Below, piece after piece: positions 26,610 through 36,400 of a stretch of 64,000 bases of DNA. The DNA is from Candidatus Azotimanducaceae bacterium (GTDB lineage: Bacteria; Pseudomonadota; Gammaproteobacteria; Pseudomonadales; Azotimanducaceae): assembly GCA_965199945.1 (NCBI GenBank), contig OZ241354.1, positions 996,638 to 1,060,637 of the forward strand, in the 5' to 3' direction. The position numbers and the translations under genes are program-made. Below the pieces are notes generated by a model, which was given only the letters and a program-made list of their open reading frames with translations, made no database searches and was not told the origin of the DNA. Numbering within the stretch: the first letter of the stretch is position 1; each line of letters starts with the position of its first letter.

Positions 26610-27185
26610 CTATGCGTCGGCTTGGCGCCGATCCAGCGCGTAGGCCGCGCGGGCGACGACGATGCCGGCGAGCAGGCCGAAGAGGTGGCCTTCCCAGGAG
26701 ACCCGGCCGCTGATCGGCACCAGGCCGAAGAGCATCGACACGCCGTAGCTAAGGGTGACGACGACGGTGATGGCAATCGACGTCAGGCGGCGCTCGTAGA
26801 GGCCGCGTACCACCAGAAAGCCGAACAGGCCGAACACCACGCCGCTGGCGCCGATGTGGGCGGCGTCGCGCCCGAAGGCCCACAGGGCGGTGCCGCCGAG
26901 CAAGGCCACGGCGAATGCCACGCCCAGGAAGTAGGGCACGCCGCGCGCCACGAGCATCGCGCCGAAGACCAGCAGCGGCATCGTGTTGGCCAGCAAGTGG
27001 CCGTAGGAGTCGTGGACGAAAGACATTCCGAGCACGCCGGGGAGGCCGTCCAGGCGGCGCGGCAACAGCGCCAACTGGTAGCGTAGCTGGGGAATGTAGA
27101 AGGCAAGCACCGACACGGCCCAGATCGCGCCGATGCTGGCCAACAGCCCGACCAGCCGTGGCTTCCAAAGCGCCGGGTCGATCAC
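26610..27185 (-). CDS. Rhomboid-family intramembrane serine protease
   Basis: ORF 26610..27185. FVHDSYGHLLANTMPL, catalytic GASGVVFGL, the second His in WEGHLFGLLAG, and six hydrophobic segments. Confidence 0.85.
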   Translation of the reverse strand: MIDPALWKPRLVGLLASIGAIWAVSVLAFYIPQLRYQLALLPRRLDGLPGVLGMSFVHDSYGHLLANTMPLLVFGAMLVARGVPYFLGVAFAVALLGGTALWAFGRDAAHIGASGVVFGLFGFLVVRGLYERRLTSIAITVVVTLSYGVSMLFGLVPISGRVSWEGHLFGLLAGIVVARAAYALDRRQADA

Positions 27186-27200
27186 CTCTGTGTCGTTCGC

Positions 27201-28052
27201 CTACGGCGCGATCGCGTCCGCGCCGAGGCGTTCTTCCAGCCACCCCTTGAGCGGCACGTCGTCGTCCGCTGGCGAGGTGTAGCCGAAGCCGCCGTTCGGG
27301 CTTGCGCCGAGAAGCTGCTTGCGGATCGGATCCGCGCCGTCGAGATAGTGTTCCACCGTCATGTCGTCCCGGGGCCGCAGCCAGCGGTAGCTGTAGCCGA
27401 GAAAGAGCACCATGCGCGTCACGTCGGAGTGGTTGCGGCCAGCGGCATGCCAGAGCCGCCGGTCGAAGAACACGGCGTCGCCGGCGTCCGCCTGCACCGG
27501 CGTGGCCTCTTGGTGGTCGAGGCTCGCGTCCTGCGGCAGATCCAAGCGGTTGCGCCGATGGCTCCCAGGCACGACGTGGAAGTTGCCGCGGTCCGTCGCC
27601 AGCGTGCTGGAGAAGAAGAAGCCGATCTTCAAGGAGACCCGCGGGCGCGGTTCGCCTTCGAGTTCGAGATTCAGCCGCCCGCTGTCCTGATGCCAGCCGA
27701 GCCGTGGCTGGCTTGGAAGATGGTCGTCCGGCAGCGGCGGCGTGACGATGAGATGCGAGTGGTAGAGCTGAATGTGCCAGCCGAGAATGTCCACCACCTT
27801 CATGAACGTCGCCGGCCAGTCCAGCAGCTCCAGAAATGCGTCGTCCTTGCCGATGGCGTCGAGCAGATTGAGCGGTTGATGCGCCTGCAGATTCCGCTTC
27901 GGCCGCCACTGCGCGTCGATCCGCCGCGCGGCCTCCGCCAAGGGCGCGACTTTCTCCGCCGGCAACACGTTGGGCACCACGAGAAAGCCCTGTTCCTCGA
28001 ACTGCCGCCGCTCGGCGTCCGTCAGCCGGTGCCGCAGGCAGGCGTCGTCCAC
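27201..28052 (-). CDS. Phytanoyl-CoA dioxygenase (PhyH) family Fe(II)/2-oxoglutarate oxygenase
   Basis: ORF 27201..28052. FEEQGFLVVPNVL, WHQDS, GDAVFFDRRLWHAAGRN (His-Asp...His facial triad pattern). Confidence 0.8.
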   Translation of the reverse strand: MDDACLRHRLTDAERRQFEEQGFLVVPNVLPAEKVAPLAEAARRIDAQWRPKRNLQAHQPLNLLDAIGKDDAFLELLDWPATFMKVVDILGWHIQLYHSHLIVTPPLPDDHLPSQPRLGWHQDSGRLNLELEGEPRPRVSLKIGFFFSSTLATDRGNFHVVPGSHRRNRLDLPQDASLDHQEATPVQADAGDAVFFDRRLWHAAGRNHSDVTRMVLFLGYSYRWLRPRDDMTVEHYLDGADPIRKQLLGASPNGGFGYTSPADDDVPLKGWLEERLGADAIAP

Positions 28053-28079
28053 TGTCGTTCCTCCGAATGCGCCATTTGT

Positions 28080-29624
28080 CTACTGTAGCGCACTTCCTTC
28101 GTCCCGAGTCCCGGAGGCGGGCGGTGGGGCGGCGAAGTCTTCGGGAAAGCGCCGCATGGCGCTCGTCACCGGAATCGGCGTCATGCCGCCCATCTGGCAC
28201 AGGCTGGCCGCTTCCATCGTCTCGCACAGCTCTTCGACGAGCGCCAGCTTGTCGGCGGTGTCGCCGCCCTCGGCGCGCGCCTTGAGGACCGCATCCATCG
28301 TCTCCTTGCCGCGCACGGAGCCGAGCCGGCAGGGCGTGCATTTGCCGCAGGATTCGACCTCGCAGAACGCGAAGGCGTAGCGTGCCTGTTCCGCCATGTC
28401 GACGCTGTCGTCGTAGAGCACCAGCCCGCCGTGGCCGATGCCGGCGCCCAACGCCGCCATCGCTTCGTAGGTAAGCGGCGTGTCGAACTCGTCCTGCCTC
28501 AGATAGGCGCCGAGCGGGCCGCCGATCTGCACGGCGCGGATCGGCGCGCCGCTGCGCGTGCCTTCGCCGTAGCCGTTTACCAATTCGTCGATGGTGATGC
28601 CGAACGGAACCTCCACCAAGCCGCCGCGCTTGACGTTGCCGGCCAGCTGGAACGGCATCGTGCCCGTGGAAGGGCCTACGCCCAGGCTCGCGTACCAGTC
28701 GCCGCCGTTGGCGACGATGGCCGGCACCGACGCGAAGGAAATCACGTTGTGGACCAAAGTGGGCTGGCCGAACAAGCCGCTCACCGCCGGCACCGGCGGC
28801 TTGACGCGGATCTCGCCGCGCTTGCCCTCCAGGCTCTCGAGCAGCGACGTCTCCTCGCCGCAGATGTAGGCGCCGGCGCCGATGAAGAGTTCGATGTCGA
28901 AGGCGCGCCCGCTGCCGAGCACGTCCGCGCCGAGCAGACCCGCTGCGTATGCGCCGTCCAGCGCCTTCTGCAGCACGTCGGCGGCGAGCGGATATTCCGA
29001 GCGCAGATAGACGTAGCCGTGCGCCGCGCCCACCGCAAGGCCGGCGATGGCCATGCCTTCGATCAGGCGGTAGGGATCGCCTTCCATCAGCAGCCGGTCG
29101 GAGAAGGTGCCGGAATCCCCCTCGTCGGCATTGCAGACGACGTGCTTGCGTTCCGCTTCGGTCGCGGCGACGGTTCGCCACTTGATGTGGGCGGGAAAGC
29201 CGGCGCCCCCCCGCCCGCGCAGCCCGGCGGTTTCGATCTCGTCGATGAGCGTCGCCGGATCGCGTTCCAGGCAACCGTCGAGAACGGTGGCCGGCGCGAG
29301 CGCCAGCGGGTCGTCCGTGCCGGCGCGATCGAAGACGGCGCGGGTCTGCGAGCGCAGGTAGGAAACTTCGGCGACGTCTCCGAGCGCCTTGGCATGATCG
29401 CCGCTCGGCAGGCTGCCGAGGATGGCCGGCGCGTCCTCCGTGCGTGCATTGCGGAATGCCAGCCGCTTGCCGCCAGCCTCGACTTCGACCAGCGGCTCCG
29501 CCCAGGCCATGCCCCGGGAACCGTTTCGCACGACCGTCGCGCCGGCCTGGGCGAACGCCGCCGCGACGTCGTCCGCGCCGACGGCTACCGCCGACGAATC
29601 CGCAGGAACGTAGACGGTGGCCAT
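28080..29624 (-). CDS. NuoF/FdsB-like NAD(H)-binding FMN iron-sulfur flavoprotein (orphan; no NuoE/FdsG or catalytic partner nearby)
   Basis: ORF 28080..29624. GLRGRGGAGFPAHIKW, VVCNADEGDSGTFSDR, YICGEETSLLESLEGKRG, and the 4Fe-4S motif ESCGKCTPCR. Confidence 0.85.
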   Translation of the reverse strand: MATVYVPADSSAVAVGADDVAAAFAQAGATVVRNGSRGMAWAEPLVEVEAGGKRLAFRNARTEDAPAILGSLPSGDHAKALGDVAEVSYLRSQTRAVFDRAGTDDPLALAPATVLDGCLERDPATLIDEIETAGLRGRGGAGFPAHIKWRTVAATEAERKHVVCNADEGDSGTFSDRLLMEGDPYRLIEGMAIAGLAVGAAHGYVYLRSEYPLAADVLQKALDGAYAAGLLGADVLGSGRAFDIELFIGAGAYICGEETSLLESLEGKRGEIRVKPPVPAVSGLFGQPTLVHNVISFASVPAIVANGGDWYASLGVGPSTGTMPFQLAGNVKRGGLVEVPFGITIDELVNGYGEGTRSGAPIRAVQIGGPLGAYLRQDEFDTPLTYEAMAALGAGIGHGGLVLYDDSVDMAEQARYAFAFCEVESCGKCTPCRLGSVRGKETMDAVLKARAEGGDTADKLALVEELCETMEAASLCQMGGMTPIPVTSAMRRFPEDFAAPPPASGTRDEGSALQ

Positions 29625-29648
29625 GGCGCGGGATTTGCGATCGGACGC

Positions 29649-30926
29649 CTAGAAGGTGGAGGCGTCCAGCGCCGCGCCGAGGTCGAGTGCGCCGTGGCCG
29701 TAGATGGGCGAGAGGCCGGTCGTCGCGTCGTAGTTGCCGTTGTTGGTATCCACCTCCCGGGCGGTGTCCAATATGCGCTGCACGATCTCCTTGCCGGTCT
29801 TGTCCGGGAACGCCGCCCAGACCGCGGCCATGGCCCCCGATACATGCGCCGTGGCGAAGGACGTGCCGGTGATCGTGTGGAAGCCGCGCGCCGTGCTGGT
29901 GTACGTTCCATCGGTCGTGTAGATGCGGTCCCCCGGCGCGAAGATGCACCAGCGCCTGACGGCGCCGCAGCGGTTGCTGATGCTGCGCACCACGTCCTGG
30001 GTCTGTTCCAGCATGCCGACGGCGATGGCCCAGCCCGCGATGCCCGCGTCGACCACCGCCGTGGCGGGAAGGGCCGCCGGCTCCGCTCCGCTGGAGTTGC
30101 CGAGAGCGGCGACCATGATCCGGTCCTCGCGCGCCAAGAGCTTCATGCCGTTGCGCGTCGGCGTCGGGTTGTTGCGCGCGCTCACCAGGCTGAAGCTGAG
30201 ATTGACGATGTGGGCGCTCGCCGCGGGGTTCGAGTCCCACATGTTCGCGGCGTCGGGCCCGTACCGTCCCGTCAGGCCGGCCACCGAAGCGAGGATCGCT
30301 TCCATGTCGTCTTCCTCGTCGTCGTTGTAGGCGACGCTGACGAGGTTCGCGTTGTAGGCGATCCCGTGCAGTCCGTATCCATTGCGCCGGGCCGCGGCGA
30401 CGCCGGCCACCCGCGTTGCGTGGGCGCTGACGGGGCCTCGCCCGGAGATGTCCACCACCCGCACGTCGCGCAGATCGGGATGGCCAGGGGATTCGGCGTC
30501 GTCGGCGACGACCCGGTCGTTTTCGACGATGGCGATGGTGATGCCCCCGCCGCCTGGCTTGCCGGTGCTGCGCACCGCGTATCCCGTGTTGGCCCGGGCC
30601 CTCCCCAGGCCGGCTTGGGCGTTGTATTCGGTCGTCTCCCAGGAACTGGCCGTGCGCGGGCTGGCCGGCTCCAGCGTTTCGGCTCGATAGACGGTCTCGA
30701 CGCGCCGCGGGTGGTCCGCCGGCGGCATGTGCGTATACGCCGCCGTGGCCGAGCGCACCGTGGCGTCTTCCGCCAGCGCCGGCAGCAATGCCGGCGGCTG
30801 CGGTGCCGACGACGGCGGCTGCGCCGAAGGCACGTTCCTTGGGGCATCGGCAAGAACGGGCGACGTTCCCGCCAAGGCCGAGAGCAGGCCCAGAGCGACC
30901 ACGGCGAACTGTCTATTCATCCCCAT
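29649..30926 (-). CDS. Secreted S8 (subtilisin-like) serine peptidase, paralogue 1
   Basis: Within ORF 29649..31121. Signal peptide MGMNRQFAVVALGLLSALAGTSPVLA, His motif SAHATRVAG, Asn AALGNSSG, and Ser motif TGTSFATAHVSG. The expected Asp-motif position reads IAIVEND. Confidence 0.8.
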   Translation of the reverse strand: MGMNRQFAVVALGLLSALAGTSPVLADAPRNVPSAQPPSSAPQPPALLPALAEDATVRSATAAYTHMPPADHPRRVETVYRAETLEPASPRTASSWETTEYNAQAGLGRARANTGYAVRSTGKPGGGGITIAIVENDRVVADDAESPGHPDLRDVRVVDISGRGPVSAHATRVAGVAAARRNGYGLHGIAYNANLVSVAYNDDEEDDMEAILASVAGLTGRYGPDAANMWDSNPAASAHIVNLSFSLVSARNNPTPTRNGMKLLAREDRIMVAALGNSSGAEPAALPATAVVDAGIAGWAIAVGMLEQTQDVVRSISNRCGAVRRWCIFAPGDRIYTTDGTYTSTARGFHTITGTSFATAHVSGAMAAVWAAFPDKTGKEIVQRILDTAREVDTNNGNYDATTGLSPIYGHGALDLGAALDASTF

Positions 30927-30988
30927 GCCGTGTGGACAGCTGGCCCAGATTCGTGAAACTGCCGACCATCGACGCGGCCCCGCCTTTT

Positions 30989-31077
30989 GCGTGGTTGCTT
31001 CAACGTGTGTTCCAAGCCTTGCGGAGGCATGGAATGGCGCGAAGATGCGCGATTCCACGGCGGAGTTCAAGAAGCGG
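30989..31077 (-). promoter_or_regulatory. Conserved ~90-bp element upstream of S8 paralogue 1 (duplicated at 32682-32776), with a candidate promoter and an imperfect palindrome
   Basis: The minus strand reads cTTGAACtccgccgtggaatcgcgCATCTTcgcgccattcc: -35 TTGAAC (31065-31070), a 17-nt spacer, and a weak -10 CATCTT (31042-31047). The palindrome is GGAATGGCGCGAAGATGCGCGATTCC. Confidence 0.3.
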
Positions 31078-31340
31078 ATGACGTCGGCGCACGACAAATA
31101 CACTGCATTGACGCGGCCCACAAAAGCAGCTTAGTGTGGAGTCGTCGTCCCGATTAGCGTTCAATGGGGCGGCTAGCTAGGGGGCTCCTTCGGGAGCCTC
31201 CATATTATCTGCCTTCGGATGGCACAGGGGTGGCCGTGTGGCCGTACAGCCACACTTGCCGTCTGCGAACGACATGGCAACGTGCTGGGCGCGGCCATTT
31301 GCCCCCGACAGGAAGAATCGAAGTTGAAGCGTCTGTCGCC

Positions 31341-32606
31341 CTAGAAGGTGCTCGCGTCCAGCGCCGCGCCGAGGTCGAGTGCGCCGTGGCCGTAGAGGGG
31401 CGAGAGGCCGGTCGTCGCGTCGTAGTTGCCGTTGTCCATGTCCACCTGCCGGGCGGTGTCCAATATGCGCTGGACGATCTCGGCGCCGGTCTTGTCCGGA
31501 AACGCCGCCCAGACCGCGGCCATGGCCCCCGCCACGTGCGTGGTGGCGTAGGACGTGCCGGAGATCGTGTGGAAGCCGCGCGTCGTGCTGAAGTACTCGC
31601 CGTCGGTGGTGTAGATGTGGTCCCCCGGCGCGAAGATGCACCAGCGCCTGACGGCGCCGCAGCGGTTGCTGAAACTGGCATCGTTGTCCTCCCTGAGCGC
31701 GCTCAGCGCGCCGACCGCGATGGCATGACCGGCGATGCCCTCGTTCGCCACCGCCGTCGCCGGAAGGGCGGCCGGCTCCGCTCCGCCGCTGTTGCCGAGG
31801 GCGGCGGCCATGATCCGGCCCTCGCGGGCCAAGAGCTTCATGCCGTTCAAGGTCGGCGTCGGGTTGTTTGTCGGGCCCGTTAGAGCGAAGCTGAAACTCG
31901 CGATGTGGGCGCTCGCTGCGGGGTTCGCGTCCCACATGTTGGCGGCGTCGGGCCCGTAGCGCCCGGTCAGGCCGGCCACCGAGGCGAGGACCGCCTCCAT
32001 GTCGTCCTCCTGGTCGTCGGTGAAGGCGACGGTGACGAGGTTCGCGTTGTAGGCGACCCCGTGCGGCCCGAATCCATTGCGCCTTGCGACGGCGGCGCCG
32101 GCCACGCGCGTCGGGTGGGCGTCGACGAGGCCGCGCCCGGAGACGTTCACCGCCCGCACGTCCCGCAGGTCCGGATGGCCGGGGATTTCGTCGTTGTCGG
32201 AGACGACCCGTGCGTTTTCGACGATGGCGATGGTGATGCCTCCGCCGCCTGGCTTGCCGGTGCTGCGCACCGCATAGCCCGTGTGGGCGCGCATCTTCGC
32301 CAGGCCGCCTTGGGAGTTGAACTCGAAGGTCCTCCAAGAGCTGGCCGTTCGCGGGGCCGTTGCCGGCTCCAGCGTTTCGGCCCGGTAGTTCGTCACGACG
32401 CGCCGCGGGTGGTTGGTCGGCGGCGTGTGGGTGTACGCCGCCGTTGCCGCGCGCACGGTCGCGTCTTCCCCCAGCGCCGGCAGCACCGCCGGCGGCTGCG
32501 GCGCCGACGGCAACGGCGGCTGCGCCGCTAGCGCGTTCGCAGCGGCCTGGACGGGCGACGCCGCAACAGCGAGGAGCAGGCCGAAGCCGAGCAGGGCGTA
32601 CCGCAA
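31341..32606 (-). CDS. Secreted S8 (subtilisin-like) serine peptidase, paralogue 2
   Basis: Within ORF 31341..32666 and collinear with paralogue 1. TTG 32606 gives MRYALLGFGLLLAVAASPVQA, which aligns with the paralogue-1 signal peptide; ATG 32666 is also possible. Motifs present: HPTRVAG, ALGNSGG, SGTSYATTHVAG and IAIVENA. Confidence 0.8.
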   Translation of the reverse strand: MRYALLGFGLLLAVAASPVQAAANALAAQPPLPSAPQPPAVLPALGEDATVRAATAAYTHTPPTNHPRRVVTNYRAETLEPATAPRTASSWRTFEFNSQGGLAKMRAHTGYAVRSTGKPGGGGITIAIVENARVVSDNDEIPGHPDLRDVRAVNVSGRGLVDAHPTRVAGAAVARRNGFGPHGVAYNANLVTVAFTDDQEDDMEAVLASVAGLTGRYGPDAANMWDANPAASAHIASFSFALTGPTNNPTPTLNGMKLLAREGRIMAAALGNSGGAEPAALPATAVANEGIAGHAIAVGALSALREDNDASFSNRCGAVRRWCIFAPGDHIYTTDGEYFSTTRGFHTISGTSYATTHVAGAMAAVWAAFPDKTGAEIVQRILDTARQVDMDNGNYDATTGLSPLYGHGALDLGAALDASTF

Positions 32607-32681
32607 TCGACTCGGCCCCGCCGTGCCGTGACGACAGACTGGGGTTGCCCCGATTTCGTGCATCAACGCGGCCTTGCCCTC

Positions 32682-32776
32682 AGTGTTGGTTGTTGCCTCA
32701 AGCGTGTTCGTAGCCTTGCGGGAGGCGTGGGAAGGCGCGAAAGATGCGCCATTCCACGGCGGAGTTCAAGAAGCGG
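32682..32776 (-). promoter_or_regulatory. Second copy of the conserved S8-upstream element
   Basis: ccgcttcTTGAACtccgccgtggaatggcgCATCTTtcgcgccttcc on the minus strand. It overlaps the 3' end of the heptad-repeat gene. Confidence 0.3.
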
Positions 32777-33140
32777 GCGAAGCGGACGGCCCCTTGCCGG
32801 CGCGCTCTTTCCCATGCAAGCGGTTGCGCGCGAACCCAAGGCCCTCGAGCAGACCCTCGACCCGGCCAAGCCGCTCTCGCACGTCGCCAAGGTACTCGTT
32901 CATCTCCCGCCGCAACCCATCGACCTGCTGGCCCAGCCCGTCGACGCGCCCGTTCAGTCCGTCGACACGCCCGCTCAGTCCGTCGACGCGCCCGCTCAGT
33001 CCGTTGATGCGCGCGCCCAGCTCACGTCGCAACCCATCGATCCGTTCGCTCGTCTCCCGGCGCAACGAGCGGTTCGACGTGGCGATTGCGATCAGAATCA
33101 CGATCCCCGTCGTCAGGATCGACCAAATTTCAGGACTCAC
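32766..33140 (-). CDS. Small N-terminally membrane-anchored protein with 7-aa (RVDGLSG-type) tandem repeats
   Basis: Within ORF 32766..33209. GTG 33140 is preceded by AAGGAGG. TM helix SPEIWSILTTGIVILIAIA is followed by RIDGLRR / RINGLSG / RVDGLSG / RVDGLNG / RVDGLGQ / QVDGLRR. The underlying 21-bp DNA repeats lie at about 32900-33060. Confidence 0.65.
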   Translation of the reverse strand: MSPEIWSILTTGIVILIAIATSNRSLRRETSERIDGLRRELGARINGLSGRVDGLSGRVDGLNGRVDGLGQQVDGLRREMNEYLGDVRERLGRVEGLLEGLGFARNRLHGKERAGKGPSASPAS

Positions 33141-33410
33141 GGCAACCTCCTTCTTGCTCTTGCTTGCTTCGGTGGCGCCGCGCACATGATCTCGACGACA
33201 CAAGCGCATCCTAGACCGTCAGAATCGGCCAAGAAACAGGCGATGTCGCAATGGCACGCGCGTGTTTGCCGCAATGGGCCGTAGGATATCGCCCTCTCCT
33301 TGGCTTCCGCCCCCACCGAGCGCATCAGTTGCCCCAATACAGTGCGTTTTTCGAGACATGATGTGCGTAAGATGCGCACGCTCCCATAGCCCATTAAGTA
33401 GAACCCGAAG

Positions 33411-36400
33411 TTGAAGTTCAGTCCCAGACAAGCCGCCGTCGCCGCCTGCTTGCTTGCCACCTTCACGGCGGTCAGCGGCTGGGGCCAGCCGGTCGTGAGC
33501 AGCGTGGGCCTGCACGGTGCGCCGGCCGCGAGCAGCGGCGTCTACCAGTTGGCCGAGGCGATCACGGTGCGCGTCACCTTCGACCAGGCGGTGGACGTCA
33601 TCGGCGCGCCGCAGCTGGCGCTCACCATCGGCACGGCGACCCGCCAGGCGAGCTTCAGCCGGCGGACTGGAGCCTCTCTCTGGTTCGTCTACTTCGTGCA
33701 GTCGGCGGACAGCGACACGGACGGCTTCGCGGTTGGCGCGAGCGCCCTGACGTTGAACGGCGGCACGATCAAGGCCGCCGGCGGCGCGACGAACGCGACG
33801 CTGGATCTCGGCCGCCACGCGCTTGCGAACGCCAACACCTACCAGGTGAACGGCAGCTTGACGACCGCGCCGGCGGTGAGCCAGGTGTTGATTTCCAGCA
33901 CCCCGGCAAGCGGCAGCGCGTACCAGTTGGCGGAGGTCATTTGGGTTGGAATCGTCTTCGACCGGGCGGTGGACTTAACCGGCGCGCCGCAGCTGGCGCT
34001 GACCATCGGCGCAGCGACCCGGCAAGCGAGCTACGTCAGCGGCGACGGCATCGGCTATCTCTGGTTCCGCTATGCCGTGCAGTCGTCGGACGTCGACGCG
34101 GACGGCATCACCATCGCCGCCACCGCGCTGACGCTGAACGGCGGCACGATCAGAATTCGCGGCGGCACCACCAACGCCACGCTCGGCCTCGGCACCCACG
34201 CCATCATGAACTCGACCAGCCACCAAGTGAACGGCGCTTTGCAGGGCGCACCCACCGTAAGCGCCGCGTCGATCGAAAGCAGCCCGGCGCGCGGCGACAC
34301 CTACGGGCTGGCGGAGACGATCTGGGTGCGCATCTCCTTCGACCGACTCGTGGACTTGACCGGCGCGCCGCAACTCGCGCTGACCATTGGCTCGACCACC
34401 CGCCAGGCCAGCTACGACAGCGGCACGGGCACCAGCGATCTCTGGTTCCGCTACGCCGTGCAAGTGGCGGACGCCGACACGAACGGCATCAGCGTCGGCG
34501 CGAGCGCGCTGGCGCTGAACGGCGGCACGATCAGGGTCGCCGGCGGCGCCACGAACGCGACGCTCGGCCTCGGCAGCGCGGCGATCGCGAACGCCGCAAG
34601 CCACAAGGTGGATGGCGGCACGGCCGTGGCAACGCTGAGCGGCAGCAGTCCCGCCACCTTGAATCAAGGCAACCTGCGCCGGGCGACGGTCTCCGTGACC
34701 TTCGCCCCAGCCTACGCAGCCGGGGCCGACGTCTCCCACTTCACGCTCGCCACCACCGTCCCCGGCCTCTCCGTCGACAAAGTGAGCTTCAACACCGGTC
34801 GAACGGTGGCCACCCTGCGACTGCACTACGACGGCTCGGACTTCGACGCCGCCGCCGCCATCGCCGTCACCGTCGCCGCGGCCGCCACCGGGCGCCCGGC
34901 CGCGCTGACCACCCTCGCCCAGGCCGTCTTCCCGGCGCGCTGGGTCAACGTCTCGAAGAAGACCGTCGCGCTTACCGAAGGCGGCAGCGCCGGCGCCTAC
35001 ACGGTCGTCTTGGAGAGCCCGCCCACCGGCAACGTCACCGTCACCGTGACCAGCGACAACGCAGCGGTTGCCCGCAGCCCGGGCACGCTCACGTTCACCA
35101 CGCAGAACTGGAACACCGCGCAGACCGTCACGGTCACGCCGGTGGACGACAACGCGGACGCCCACGACGAGCTGGCGCTGGTCGCCAACGTCGCCGCCGG
35201 CGGCGGCTACGCGGACAGCCCCGTCGCCTCGCGCACCGTGCGCGTGACGGTCGCCGACGACGAGCAGACCGGCACCGACTACGACGCCGACGACGACGGG
35301 CTCATCGAGATCAGCGGCCACGCCCAGCTGAACGCCATGCGCTGGGACCTGGACGGCAACGGCTCGTCGCTGAACGCCGGCTACGCCACCGCCTTCCCCA
35401 GCGCCGCCACCGGCATGGGCTGCCCGGACGGCGGCGACAGCAACCAGACGCCGGACGGCTGCAAGGGCTACGAGCTGACGGCGAACATCGACCTCGACAC
35501 CGACGGCGACGGCAGCGCCGACTCCCAAGACGCCTACTGGAACGGCGGCCAGGGCTGGGATCCCATCGGCCAACAGCGCAAGAAGTCGGCCACGCCGTTC
35601 ACGGCGACGTTCCGAGGCAACGGCTATTCCGTGTCGAACATGTACCAGCACCATAGACACGACATAGAGTCCTCCGAGGCGCTCTTCGGAATAATCAGGA
35701 ACGCGCGAGTCGAATCCGTCGCGGTGCTCGGGGTCGACTTCGGCGACGGCTCGCGACTCAACAGCCCGACCGGCGCCATTGGCGCGCTCGCGGGAGTCGC
35801 CGAGGGGAGCACCGTGGCAGGCGTCTACGCCGAGGGCGCCATGAGCATTTGGAACACTGGCGCTAATGAAACAGCGGGTGGCTTGGTGGGGTATTGCGCG
35901 GGCAGCACCATCCACACGTCCTATTCCAATGTCTCGATAATGCAGGCTCTCAATCTAGGTGGCTTGGTTGGAGGCGTTGGAACAGGCTCCCGCACGAAGC
36001 AAGACAGTCTCGGCTACGGCTACGGCTGTCGGGCATACAACAGCTACGTAAACGGGGCCCTAGGTCCGCAAACCGGCTACAGGGCGGGCGAACCGTTCAC
36101 GACCGGTGCCTTGTTTGCAGGCGGCAGCAGCATCGCCGTCGGCGATTCCTATTGGGACCGACAGACCACCACCAAGACGAGCAGCAGCGGTTCGCCCGAC
36201 TCGGACGGCCTGACCACCGCCGAACTGCAAGCGCCTACCGCGGCGACGGGCATCTACGCGCAATGGGACGACTACGACGTGGATGGCGACGGCCGCGTCG
36301 ACGCGGACGACGACGCCTGGCACTTCGGCCAGGCCAACCAGTACCCGGCGCTGAAGTGGGGCGGCCACGCCGCCGCCACGCAGTTCACGGCGCAGCTGTC

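Noticed and set aside
26610-27185. Rhomboid as a rhombosortase acting on GlyGly-CTERM substrates (the S8 peptidases or the giant protein)
   Set aside because: Neither S8 protein nor the giant protein ends in a GlyGly-plus-TM-plus-basic tail. The S8 proteins end ...ALDLGAALDASTF and the giant protein ends ...STIETPAAGQ.
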